Assembly (NCBI RefSeq): GCF_004010195.1
Contig: NC_057751.1
Span: 8,935,611 to 8,999,610, forward strand
Origin: Chiloscyllium plagiosum
Taxonomy: Eukaryota
DNA: 64,000 bases
Direction: 5' to 3'
The notes beneath the pieces were generated by a model that saw only the letters and a program-made list of their open reading frames with translations, had not been told where the DNA came from and did no database searches. The translations under genes and the position numbers were made by a program. Positions 37,847-50,557 of this stretch are shown in pieces. Every line of letters begins with the position of its first letter. Positions within the stretch are counted from its first letter, which is position 1.

Positions 37847-39869
37847 ATTTTATACATTGAAAGAAGCTGTTACCATCCTTTTTCTCTTATGTGCTAATTT
37901 TACCCTGAAAAGTTTATTTTCCATACTTTTATGGATCATTTATTGTAAGTTTTAACAATTCCCAATCTTCTATCTCACCACTAATCTTTGCCACAATGTT
38001 TTTATTGATCTTATCCTTAATTCTTTTGGTTCACCATAATCGGTTTATCCCCTTCTTAGAATCCTTCTTCTTCACTGGGACATATCTTTGTTATGAATCA
38101 TGAATTATTTTCTTAAGCATCTGCCATTTTGCTCAACTATCTTTTCTGCTAAATTTCCCTCCCAGTCTACTCCAGCCCTAATTTCTTTGTAATCACCCTT
38201 CCTTAAATTTAGCAGTTATTCCCATACTGAATGCTAAATTGTACCATGTTACGGTTATTGTATCTTTCACAATTCTTTAGCTCCTTGATCACTCATTAAA
38301 CTTCCCTCACTATACATTACCAGATGCTAAATAGCCTCGTCCCTTTTTGGATCCACAACACACTGTCCCAAACACACGCACGCTGTGAATTCTTTCTTGA
38401 GGCTATCCCTGGAAATTTGACTGTTTCAGGGTACATGAAGATTAAAGTTGTCAGTGATTAATGTGTTCCTTTTTAACATGCCCTCATTATTTCCTTATTG
38501 ATTCTCTGACAAACAGTATAGCTAATTTTGGGGCCTAGAGGCTACTCCCACCAGTGGCTTCTTTCCCTTGTTATTTCTTATCTCCATCCACATGGGTTTT
38601 ACAACTTACACTGCGAGATTATTTCTTGCTAAATACCTATTCCATCTCATGTCAACAAAGTTACCTCACTCCCCTTTCCTTTCTGCTTGATCTTTTGAAA
38701 AGTCACGTGCTCCTGCACATTTAGTTCCCAGCTTGGATCTCCTGGTAACCATATCTCTGGAATGGCTATAAAATCATACCCACTATAGTTTCTTTCTGCT
38801 GTTAATCCTTTTATTTTGTTCCAAATCCCATATCATTTCAGTAAAAAGCCATTTCCCTCTTTGACCCTATTAGCTGCTGATCTTCTATATTTGTACACTC
38901 TGACCCCTACTTTCCCATTCTGTGTATCATTATCCAAATAAGAGTCGTGCAATGCTGCCAAATGCTTTTGTTTTGTACGTTTATCTTTCATCTCTCCCAA
39001 TTCTCCCTGTCCGTTCCCCAACCCAATTAGTCTAAAACCGTCACCAAAGCCCTCGCTAATCAGTTGCCAGGACACTGGTCCCAGCATGGTTTAACTGAAG
39101 CCTGATCCTTGAAAATAGCTTTGTTCAACTCCAGTACTGCTGCCAGTAACCCATGAACCAAAACTTATTTCTCCCACACTGACCTTTGTGCCACACATGT
39201 AACGCCTGAATTTATTTACCCCTTTGCCATCTTGTCAAAGAATTGGGGTGACAGTCCAGAGAGTATTAAATTGGAGCTTCCACTTTTAAGTTTAGCTCCT
39301 AACCATTCAAATTATTTCAGCAGAACCTCCTGTCTCATCTTATCGATGCTGTTGGCACTAACGTAAACAATGATAATTGGATCCCTCCCCTTGCACACCA
39401 TGTTCCTCTCCAGCCCTGAGGAAGTGTTCTTTACCCTAGCATTGGACAGGCAACACAGCCTTGTGGCATTATTTGTGGAGCATTTATCCTGCTAATTATA
39501 CCGTCGCCAACCATAACTGTGTTCCTATTTCCTCCTCCCACTTAAATCACTCCCTACACCACTGTGCTATGGTCAATTCACTCATCTTTCCTGCAGTCTC
39601 CATTCTCATCCATACAGCTTGCAAGGATCTCATACCCGTTAGACAATTCCACCTGGGTTCTCATGCCTGCCCCACCTGCTGTCACACCTCCCATCTCTGA
39701 CCACAGGCAAAATTTGACTGACCCAATGTGATCACATTCTTGAGGAAAGCATCCTAGTAACTTTCCCACCTGCTGATGCGGCACAATGTCTACAGCTTGG
39801 ACTCCAGCTCCTGACCTCAGATCACAAAAATGTTCTGGACCAATACAGAGAATAATCAAAAATACTTGT

Positions 39870-40740
39870 GGACACTAGCTTTTATGTCTAGATTCTAGAA
39901 TACAAGGGATGGAAATTATGCTACAGTTATGTTCAGCTTTGGTTCAACCAGATCTATATTATGATGAGCAGTTCCGAACATCACACTTTACACTTGATGT
40001 ATTGATTTTCGATGGAGTTTAGCAGAGATTTACCAGAACACCATCTGCATTTTAAGTGTAAACAAGATTGCATAAACTAAGGGTTGTATTTCCTTGAAGG
40101 TATAAGGTTAAAATGATCAAAGCTTTAAAGATATTCGACATTGATAGCACATTTGAAATTGGGAACCTCTATTCCTGAGAAGGACAACGGAATAGATACT
40201 TGGAACACTACCATGTCCCTGCAAGTCACACTCCTGAATTGGAACTGTATCGGCCTTTCTTTGCTGTATCTGGGTCAAAATCCTGGAACTCCCTTTCCAA
40301 CAGCATTGTGGATGCCCTTGCCCAGACAGAATGTAGCAGTTCAAGAAGGCAGCTCACTACAACCTTTTCAAGGGCAATTTGAGATGGTGAACTCGTCAGC
40401 AACTTCCATGTCTCATGAAAGAACATAAAAAACAAGAACAAGAAAATATTTTGGCTGTTTGGGAACTCTAGGCCTCAGGTTTGTAGTTTAAAATTGGAGT
40501 CAGACTTCTTAAAAGTGAAATTATGCCAGTGTTGGTAAAACTTTGGACCATTCTTCAGCAAACTCTTCAGAAATTGATGCTCAATCATTTGTTAAGTTTA
40601 AGAATTAAATTTGTTAATCAAAGGAATTCAGAGCTACAGATCAAAGGAAAATGGATGGAATTAGGACACAATCAGCCTTTGAATGGCCAAACAGGTTCAG
40701 GAGGCCAGATGTTCTATTTCTCTGTACTCTTAAGTAGAGA
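39870..40740 (+). mobile_element. Old CR1 3' fragment with inserted Crack-like 3' end (~40150-40430)
   Basis: CR1-like sequence at 39870-40140 and 40440-40740; the insert encodes AVSGSKSWNSLSNSIV. Confidence 0.6.
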
Positions 40741-40839
40741 GAGACCATGGTTTTCTTGTCCATGATTTTCTCAAAGTTTATGCGCAAGAAATTTGGAAGG
40801 CAGAAAGTGTGATTGTCTTTGTTACAATGGATTGAAGGA

Positions 40840-41370
40840 TAAGAGTTAAGGAAGTCTTGCCATTGTAGATGGATTTAGTCTGCTGACCTGAGGAAGATTA
40901 TACTTGCCTTCAAAGGGGTACAACCAAGTCTCAATAGATTCATTCCTGGAAGCACAGATTGAGTAGAATCAGCCTATATTTTATGAAGTTTCAAAGAACA
41001 GTTGATTTAATCACAGCATATAAAATTCGAAACGGATGTAACAGGGTGAATGCTGAGGAGCTATTTGCCCTGGCTGAGGAGTGAAGAACCAGAGATCTTA
41101 CTCTCAGAATAAGGGTCAGCTTTTTAGAAATGAGACAGGGAGACATTTTTTCACCCAGAGATCTGTGAATCTTGGGGATGTTCTATCCATGAAAGCTGTC
41201 GATGTGCAGTTTTGAGTATTCAAGATGGAGATGAATAGATTTTTGAACACAAAGGGAAGTGAAGAGGTCTGGGATCAGGTTATAAAATGGAGTTGGTATA
41301 AAAGATCAACCATGATTTCAATAAATGCTAAAGTAGGCTCAAGGTGCATTCTGACCCTCTCCTCTTATTG
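40840..41370 (+). mobile_element. Old CR1 3' fragment
   Basis: agaaatgagacagggagacattttttcacccagagatctgtgaatctt...gatcaaccatgatttc. Confidence 0.7.
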
Positions 41371-41875
41371 ATTATATTATTTTGTGCATTGCTCAGTGTG
41401 CATGCTCAATCTCAGAATAACAGATGCCATTAATTTCTGAATTGAAACAGCCATCTATTGTGGACAAATGCTGTTTAAGATTAGATGAAGGTTGCTTTTG
41501 ATACTTTTGGCACAGTAACGTATCATCCAGAAGTTAGAGGAGATATCATCCCATGAGGTTATGAAATGACCCCAAAGGTATGTTAAAAAAGAAATAGTAC
41601 CATCTATTTCTCCAAGGATAATTTGCTTTTTATCTCATTGTCTCACACTGAAGATGCACATTCACATGTTTATGATCAGGTTGCAGCTGCTTAATTTGCA
41701 TTTCAATCATTCAATGTTGCACAGATGTTAGAACATTTTGTGGTAAACATTTAAATCTGCTTTATGCTCACTGTCAGGCTGATGTTGTCAAGGAGACTTT
41801 GAGTGAGTAATGTATCTAATGACAGTCAATGAATGTCCATGCCACAATGGGAAAAGCTTGGACATGAGCTCCTCA

Positions 41876-44815
41876 ATAGATATAACATAGAACAGTACAG
41901 GCCCTTTGGCCCACGCTGTTGTTCTGAGCATTTATCTTAATCTAAGATCAACCTAACCTACACACCCTTCAATTTACTGCCATCCATGTGCTTGTCCAGC
42001 AGTCACTTCAATGTCCCTAATATCTCTGACTCTACTAGCGCTGCTGGCAGTGCATTCCAAGCACCCAACACTCTCTGCGTAAAGAACCCTCCTCTGACAT
42101 CTCCTCGATACCTTCCTCCAATCACCTTAAAATTATGACCCCTTGTGACAGCCCAGGGAAAAAATCTCTAGCCAACTCCTCTACCTGCGCCTTTCATTAA
42201 TTTGTATACCTTTATCAAGTCACTTCCCTTCCTCCTTCTCTCCAGTGTGAAAAGCCCTAGTTCACTCAACCCTTCTTCATAAGACAAGCCCTCCAATCCA
42301 GGCAGCACCCTTAAACGTCTCCTCTGCACTCTCTCTAAAGCATCCAAATCCTTCCTATAATGAGGCATCCAGAACTGGACACATTATTCCAAGCGTGGTT
42401 GAACCAGGGTTTTATACAGCTGCAGCAAAACCTCGCAGCTCTTAAACTCAATCACCCTGTTAATGAAAACCAAAACACCATAAACCTTTTTAACAACCCT
42501 GTCAACTTGGGTGGCAACTTTGAGGGATCTATGTACGTGGACCCCAAGATCCTGGTGTTGCTCCATACTGCCAAGAATCCTGTCTTTAGCCCTGTATTCA
42601 GCATTCAAATTCGACCTTCCAAAATGAATTACTTCACATTTATCCTGTTTGAACTCGATCTGCCACCTCTCAGCCCAGCTCTGCATCCTGTAACAGCCTC
42701 AACACTATCTGCAACACCACCGACCTTTGTGTTGTTGGCTAACTTACTAGTCCACCCTTCCACTTCTTCATCCAAGTCATTTATAAACATTACAAAGAGC
42801 AGAGACCCAAGAACAGATCCCTGCGGGACACAACTGGTCATCAACTTTCCATCCACTACCACTCGTCATCTTTGTTCAGTCAGCTAATTCTGTATCCAGA
42901 TAGCCAAATTTCCCAGTATCCCATACCTCCAACCTTCTGAATGAGCCGACCATGGGAAACCTTATCAACTGCCTTACTAAAATCCAAAGACTCTACATCC
43001 ACCACTCACCCTTTGTCAACTTGTCTCATCACATCCTCAAATAACTCAATAAGGCTTATGAGGCATGACCTGCCCCTCACAAAGCCATGTTGACTACCTT
43101 AATCAAAATATGTTTTTCCAAATAGTCATAAATCCTATCTCTCAGAATCCTTTCCAGTACATTGCTTAGCACAGACGTAAGACTGACTGGTCTATGGGTG
43201 GATTTCCCTATTCTCTTTATTGAACAGAGGAACAACATTCTCCTACCTCCAATCATCCAGTATGATTCCCGTGGAGAGTGAGGATGCAAAGATCATTGTC
43301 AGAGTCGTAGCAATCTCATTCCTTGCTTTCTGTAGTAACTTTGGATATATCTGGTCTGGCCCTGGGGTCTTACCTATCTGGTGCTTCCCAGAACTTCCAG
43401 CACATCCACTTTCTTAATATCAATCTGTTCAAGCCTATTAACCTGGTCCACATTATTCTCACTCTCAACAAGATCCCTCTTTCTACTGAATACTGAAGCA
43501 AAAATCTCATTTCGGGCCTCCCCCACTCTTCAAACTCGAGGCACAAGTTACCTCCATTATCCCTCATCGCCCCTACCCTCTCTTTGATCATTTTCTTATT
43601 GCTCATGGACATGGAGAACACCTCTGAGATTTCCCTAATCCTTCTCACCAAGGCTTTTTTTGTGTCCCTTCCTAGCTCTCCTCAGTCTATTCTTGAGTTC
43701 TTTCCTCGCTATACTCTAATCCTCTAAAGCTGTGCCAGATCCTTGCTTCCTCAACTGTAAGTAAGCTTCCTTCTTTGAGAAGCTCCGCTTCTCTTGTCGT
43801 TCAAGGCTCCTTCACCTTACTATTCATTGCCTCTCAGTGGGACCAAGTTATCCAACACTCGCAACAAGTGTTCCTTAAACAGCCTCCACATTTCTGTTGT
43901 GCGTTTTCTGTTGAACAATTGTTCCCAATTTATACTCCATAGCTCCTGTCTAATAGCAAGCTCCTGTCTAATAGCAGTATAATTTCCCCTCCCCAAATTA
44001 AATACCTGCCCATACTGTCTGTTCCTATCCCTCGCTATGGTAAAGGTGAGGCAGTTGTGGTCACTGTCACCGAAATGCTCTCCCACTAAGACATGTGACA
44101 CCTGGCCTGGTTCATTGCCAAGCACCAAATTCAATATGGCCTCCCCCCCCCCCTGTCAGTCTATCTACATACTGAGTCACAAATATTTCCTGGACACACC
44201 TGACAAAATTGGCTCCATCCAGACCATCTGCACTAAGGAGGTTCCAATCAATATTGAGGAAGTTGAAGTCACTCATAATAACAACTATTACACCTGCACC
44301 TTTCCAAGATCTGCTGTCCAATCTGTTCTTCTATCTCTCTACTGTTATTGGGGTGTCTATAGAAAACACCCAATAAAATGACTGCTCCTTTCCCGTTACT
44401 GACTTCCACCCATATTGACTCAGTAGACAAACCTTCCTCAATAGCTTCCTTTTCTGCAGCTGTGATGCACTCTCTAATTAACAATGCCTCTTTTACCCCC
44501 TCTGTCTCCTCTTTTACCCCCTCCTTGTTCTTTTTAAAAGATCTAAACGCTGGAATATCCAGCAACCATTCCTGCCCCTGTGAAATCCATATCTATATTA
44601 TCGTAGTTCCAAGTACTGATCCATGCTCTAGTTCATCACTCTTATTCCTGACACTCATTGCACTGAAACAGACACACTTTAACCTATTCCTTTTCCCAAC
44701 AACTGTGTATCCTTCCTGATAAACTCTCTGCCTTCTATTCCTGCCTGTTAAACAACTACCCTCTCCTCTGATCTGTAGCTCTGGTTCCCATCCCCTTGCC
44801 AAACTAGTTTAAACA
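41876..44815 (-). mobile_element. CR1 LINE, nearly complete but frameshifted ORF2 (APE + RT), 5'-truncated
   Basis: Endonuclease remnants LKCVCFSAMSVRNK, GVFYRHPN, MSDFNFLNIDW, GEHFGDSDHN; RT remnants HRPVSLTSV, VPQGSVLGSLLFVMFINDLD...KLANNTK (decayed FADD), KCEVIHFGRSN. 3' tail at 41876. Confidence 0.95.
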
Positions 44816-46175
44816 GTTAGATATTCTTAGATTTCCTGGAGTCGTGCTGTCAACTCTCTAAAACTGATAAGGAATAATCCAATTTTAAAAAAACAAAATC
44901 TCTTCATGTAGAGAGCTGTGTGTTCAGGGTCTTTATGTAAATTTAAGGCTGAGACAGATTCTTGATTTTTTTTGGAAAATCAAGGGTTGTGGGATAAGAG
45001 CAGGAAAGTGGACCTGAGTGTCAGATCAATCATAATGCTACCGAAGGGATCAAACTGCCTTCTCCTGTTCGTAGCTCTTATGGTTTTATGGTCTGTCTTT
45101 GCATCTCATTCTTAGCTTGTGTCAGGTGACCAACAACACACAGAGAATCATATGGGACAATTTTCTGGTTTGGTATATTCAGAAAATAGGTAAATAACCT
45201 ATTGCATAAACTGTGTGCATCTTTCCCAACTTCTCAAATTTACACTTCTTTTAATCCTAAATAACTCTGGTGCTACCTTGAAATATTCACTTTAGCCTGT
45301 GTTCATCAATAAAGTAATAATTCAATGATTACACGGCAGTAACAAGTAAGGTCTGGTGAATTCATCCATCCCATTCTTCATGTACAGATTGTAGTGAGAC
45401 TATTTTTCTCTCTCTACTCAATGTACCAAGTCTGTCATTATTTCCTTCTTCTTTCAGTGGAAGACCCCATTCATTATGCCTGAAGTCAGTCTTTCATCAT
45501 TGTGAGTCAGTCTTTTTTTTAACCTGAAAGCATTGACTTGGAACTAATTTTCAGTTCCATTGAGAGGTTCTCCAATTACTTTTTCCAAATACCCATGTTT
45601 TTACCATGAGCAACATTGGCAAAAATGTCAGAACACCATTCAGTTGCAGAGGCAGCAAAGTCTGGTCCGATCCACACCTAACTTGGCCACATGGAAATTT
45701 TTCAGGAGAACCGCAACAATGAGTAGGTAAGAGACTGCTGAATGATGGGTGGAAGAGTGAGTTTTTAACTTCTTTGACCCATCTCTATCCATGACTACAG
45801 TGTCTCCCTCTTGCCTTGACTTGGACCAATGATTCAGTGCATATAAAGGACTGAACCTGAGACTTTACTGTCTGAATGATTGAGAACTTTCTTGAATAAA
45901 CCTCAACAAGCTTAACCTGAAGAGTCAGTGCAATCTGCCCTCTAAGTTTTCTCATTTTAAAACTGCATATTCCAAGCTTTGGGTTATTGCACTGACCAGT
46001 CTGGACAGGAGTCACAAATTTAGGCACTCCTAGGTTTCCTGATCTTTCCTGAATTAACTTATCTTCATCCATTGTTTTGATACAATTGGGTCCAGTCCCT
46101 GGTCCATTGAATATTCTGATCAACTCGGGTTCCTGTTGGAAAGTCTGATTCTCTGGGTGGAATCAGCTTTGGTTG

Positions 46176-46448
46176 ACTTTTTAACTGTAAGGTGAATATT
46201 GGTGAACTGTGAAGAAGGGGTTAGTTATTGTTCTTATGGCTAAAGGAGTCAAAAGGTGTCAGGAAAAGAAAGGAACAAGATACTCAGTTGAATGATCACC
46301 TATGATCATGCTGATTAGCAGAGTAGACTTCATGGGTGAATGGTCTACTCCTCGTTCTGTTTTCTCAGTTTATATATTAATCACTCTGGAGAACAATAAC
46401 TAACCCCTTCTTCACAGTTCACCAATATTCACCTTACAATTAAAAAGT
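46176..46448. repeat. 59-bp inverted repeat flanking a CR1 3'-end fragment
   Basis: 46176-46234 versus 46390-46448, one mismatch; the 155-bp spacer resembles a CR1 3'UTR (gaatgatcacctatgatcat...gaatggtctactcct). Confidence 0.92.
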
Positions 46449-46669
46449 ACTGTCTAAAAAGGGCACCGGAACACCCACAGAATCGTGCTTAAACGTGAGT
46501 TGATGCAATTACAAATTTAATCACAGAATAGCCATTTAGCTCAACAGGATCATACTCACATTTATGCTCCATAAGAACTTCTGTGTGTCCCTGCACATTG
46601 AAACATGTCAATATAATCCTTTCACTCTCATCTGTTGATTCAGTTTTCCCCTAATTGGCTCTCTCCTGC

Positions 46670-46854
46670 GGAGAAAGTGAGGACTCCAGATGCTGGAGTT
46701 CAGAGTCAAAAAATGTGGTCAGGCAGCATCCGACGAGCTGGAAAGTCATGAGCCCTTCATCACCACCTCATTCCTGATAAAGCGCTCATGACTTTCCTGC
46801 TCCCCAGATGCTGCCTGACCGGCTATGCTTTTCCGGCACCACATTTTTCAACTC
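46670..46854 (-). mobile_element. Penelope-like palindromic mini-element, family A, ribozyme core deleted
   Basis: 14-bp TSD tggctct[c/t]tcctgc (46656-46669 / 46855-46868); tail on the left; both arms read gctcatgactttcc and lack CCCGAAACGTC. Confidence 0.85.
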
Positions 46855-49524
46855 TGGCTCTTTCCTGCCCGCATCAATGACTTCTGGTACTAATAAGTTG
46901 CATGTTTCAACCACATTGTGGACAAAGAAATTTTGTCTGAATTCCCTTACAGATTATTAATGATCACTTTATGTTTATGGCCAAAGGTTTTGGTCTCCTT
47001 CATCTGGAAACACCTTCTTCACATCACCCTTTTCTGAATTTCAATGACAATGTTTAGGCTACTCAATTTTCTCTTCCAGAGAAAAGAGATCTAACTTGTT
47101 CAATCTTTCCTGATTGGTACGACCTCGCACTTGTGCCACCTTGCTGGGAAATCTTTATGGCACCTTCATGAGAGCTTCCACGCACTTTTTTCTAATTAGA
47201 GAACTTGATAAGGAATGGAGCACAAAATAGAAAGGAAAAATTAAATTCCAACACATGTTTGGAAGAATGAGATCCAAAATCCACATTCTGTTGATGATTT
47301 ATGAGAAAAATATCAAATAATTCAATGTGATTTAATAGGATTCTACAGCACAACTCCACACATGTTTTTGATAGAGGTGGAATGGAATTAACACCTTTTA
47401 ATCTCCTTACAAAGTGATTCTGTTGTTACATGGAACTTGACTGGCAGTAAACAGAATTCCGAATTGAAACAGATTGGTACCATCTGGCGTTCCTGTCTCT
47501 GGATATTAGACCAGGACAACAAAGCCCCAAGCGGGAAACAGGAGCCTGTGACAAACAAAATGAAGGTTGCTCCAAGGTGAGGGGAGTCCTTGAGGAAGAA
47601 ATTGTAAATTTGTATTCAAAGCCTGTTGGTAAGGAGAAGAGACCAAACAGATTTTCAAAAATTAAAACAAACATAATTCCCTACACAAATTTGTCAAAAT
47701 CTGTTATGTTAAATGCCACAATTCATGACTTTCTGCTGCTTTTTATGGAGATTTTTTTCCCTTCTCAGCTGACAGGTACAGCCGACAAAGTGCAGGTACA
47801 CAACACTACCTCATCGAAGTAATCACTCTCCACTTAGACAGTCAACAACAACATGCTACTCAACTAAGGGTGGCATCACAACTATTCACACCTTGCTTTC
47901 ACATGCACACACAAAAACCCATTCATTCTTTCCAACATTGGCAGGTACAGAGATTTCCTCAACTTCAGTGCACTGAGGTCCATCATCATGATCAGGGGTC
48001 TTAGTTTTTAAGAGGTCACCTTGTAAGATCTTATCATTTTTTACCTTTGGAAGCTTTGTTTTGGTTTTCAGAGGTTCCATTTACATTTTCACTAGCTCAT
48101 ATAAGAACATCTCACGTATTTTTTTTAGGGTTTTCTTTTTGAAGTAGATAAGATGGCACAATTACCAATGGCTATTCACATGAAAAAAAGTGACTCTTTC
48201 GCTTGAAATCTATAAATAAGATATTTTGTTTTCCATTATAATTAAATGTTCCATACTACGTGTCTAAACTTAAAATTCTCAATGTTTATCACAAGGTAAC
48301 TTATTGGAAGCAAAAGGATGCATTTTAAGCATTATTATCAAATTTTACTGCCCAAACGCCATGAGAGATTTGTTGCTGACACAAAACAGGTTGTAAATGG
48401 AGAAGGTAAATGTCTGATTATAGTCAAGTCCAGAACCCTCAATGTTTACGCTCTCTCATGGTTATATGTCAAAAATAACAGACTAATCAAAGAAAATATT
48501 TACTTGAAACATTCATAAGAGTTGTACATCAAAAATCAACATAGCACAAGGCGGAATGACAAAGTTGGCCAGAAATTCCATGTTTCCCTCATTCCATTGA
48601 AACTTGGAGCAAGAACTCAGTATCTCATTCCCTTAAGTTTATGAAACAAAATTCTTGCAAAATTCAAGATACCATCTGTAATTAACTCTCAAAACAGCAA
48701 AGTGAGCACTATAACATTCAAATATGCAAAATACCTTCTTTTTACCTCAACAATCATGACATTTTACTTTCGAGTCAGGAACAACAGTGTCTCCTAACCC
48801 AACCGAACCTAACCTATCCAGCACGAATTCAGATCCATCCCACCCTATCATTGCTCAAGCAGGCTGTGAGTGATGGATCCCCCAGGCCTGCCCTGAATTT
48901 GTTAAACTTTCTTTCCTGCTGCAGGACTGGCCAGAATGGACTCTTCCAATTAAAGGTTTCCTTCCTCCTGCCATTGCTGCTCCTTCAGTCAGAAGCAAGA
49001 AGAACCAGAGAGAGACACAGAGAGAGAGAGAACCTGCAATTAATGTGACTGAAACAGTCAGCATAAAAGAGATGAGATCTCTGATTGGAGAAGCAGCTCC
49101 TCAAGGATCATGTCTCCCCCACGTACAGGACTACCTTTCTTTGATTAGTGACCCCATGATTGACATTACCCGAGCAGTTTGAACGTTCAGGGTGATTTTG
49201 CTTATTTCACCTGCCACTCCAATTGAGGTTAAATGCTGGTTCTATCTGAGGTCTGCTCATCGCACAGATTAAACCCTCCATGCCTATGTGTTTAATTTTG
49301 AACTGAAAAATGTCAGAAATCAGAGTGGCCATTGATCTGAGCCTGCTCCAACATATAGTAAGATCATACCTGACCTGTATGCAGTACACTATTCAAAAGT
49401 GATCTCACTAAGGCCCTGCTGAAATAAGACATCTTTAATCTTCTACTCAAAACTCTGAGCAAGGAAGGGCAACATAGCATTTGTTAAATTTATCCAGTCA
49501 AACTTTGGTCAGCTTTGAATCTCT

Positions 49525-49749
49525 GCTGAATAATGTGTTGCTGGAAAAGCGCAGCAGGTCAGGCAGCATCCAAGGAGCAGGAGAGTCGACGTTTCGGGCA
49601 TAAGCCCTTCTTCAGGAAGCCTGAAGAAGAGCTTATGCCCGAAACGTCGATTCTCCTGCTCCTTGTGTGCTGCCTGACCTGCTGCGCTTTTCCAGCAACA
49701 CATTTTTCAGCTCTGATCTCCAGCATCTTCAGTCCTCACTTTCTCCTAG
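49525..49749 (+). mobile_element. Penelope-like palindromic mini-element, family A
   Basis: About 90-bp inverted arms meeting at cag-gaagc-ctg, plus a one-sided tail; direct repeat ttgaatctctgctg at 49515-49528 / 49750-49763. Confidence 0.93.
49588..49615 (-). ncRNA. Minimal hammerhead core, intact
   Basis: Minus strand ttc-CTGAAGA-A-GGGC-ttat-GCCC-GAAACGTC-ga; the plus-strand twin at 49621-49648 has a stem II mismatch. Confidence 0.7.
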
Positions 49750-50352
49750 TTGAATCTCTGCTGTTCAACAATTGTTTAACCTCCGACCCTGCAGTCAGTA
49801 GGTTACACGGTGTTTTGACTTTCCATCTGTCACACAGTGATGATCTAATTGACAGAATCATTGATGACTTCACGCTTGCACAGTATTGATCTTGGAAGTC
49901 CCCACTGCAGCTGTCACATATACATAATAATCTGTCTGTGGTCCCTGACAAAATTCTTTCAAGACATTACAGTTGTTCTCATTTCCGTTCTGTGGTCAAT
50001 GCGATCAAAACATGCTGGAGGCTGACGGTGAATAAGTGTAATTAAATCAGTCAGTCAGGAAAGGTACTGCTTTCACAGTGTAAGGTACTGGTTTCTGATA
50101 CTGATCCACCCATGACATGACAGAGAGCATTTGGAATCTCTGATTAAAGATCTGGGACTGATGGCGCAGGCACACATGTCAATTGACAAAGTGCTTTTCG
50201 AAATTGATACATACTTCTCCTAAGCTGGCAGTAGAAAATCAGTGCAAATCCTGCTTGAAATGTCTCACGACAAATCATGGTAATGATCTCTTATAGTTTT
50301 AATCAATGAGAACTGTCATGTCTCATGCTTGCTGTGCTGACCTGAGTACCAT

Positions 50353-50557
50353 GATATGGAGGTGCCGGTGTTAGACTGGGGTGTACTAAGTTAAAAACCA
50401 CCCAACACTAGATTATCGTCCAACAGATTTATTTGGAAGTACTAACTTTCAGAGCACTGCTCCTTCATCAGGTAGCTAGTCAGCTGCCTGACAAAGAAAG
50501 CTAGTACTGCTAAATAAACCTATTGGACTATAACCTGGTGTTTTGTGATTTTAGATT
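50353..50557 (-). mobile_element. Penelope-like palindromic mini-element, family B
   Basis: TSD tgagtaccat / tgagtactgt (50343-50352 / 50558-50567; differences fit CpG decay of tgagtaccgt). Minus-strand tac-CTGATGAAGGAGCAGTGCTCTGAAAGTTA-gta; plus-arm GAAAGCTAGT at 50496. Confidence 0.8.

Larger units (their letters stand above)
35095..39850 (-). mobile_element. Long decayed CR1 LINE (3'UTR to ORF1 region) carrying three nested insertions
   Basis: 3'UTR at 35095-35790 and RT-region sequence at ~36000-37500. Endonuclease-region remnants to ~38830, ORF1/ORF2 junction-like aattagtctaaaacc at ~39025, ORF1-like remnants to ~39850. Confidence 0.7.

Noticed and set aside
43941..44523. In-frame 18-bp and 21-bp duplications in CR1 ORF2 as evidence of selection
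   Set aside because: The ORF is otherwise frameshifted and has lost FADD; slippage is sufficient explanation.
45785..48080. Minus-strand ORFs 45785-46123, 47426-47674 and 47886-48080 as a small gene
   Set aside because: No recognisable domain, and I could not build a consistent spliced frame.
48792..48820. Telomere-like cctaac repeats
   Set aside because: Few, degenerate units; not a TTAGGG array.
36204..49528. TTGAA target-site preference for family A PLEs
   Set aside because: Seen in two TSDs but not in the other three family A TSDs (4598, 32014, 46656).
36116..49889. Matching ORFs on both strands (MHCWKSAAGQAASKEQENRRFGHK..., MCCWKSAAG...)
   Set aside because: Artefacts of palindromic PLE arms; not genes.
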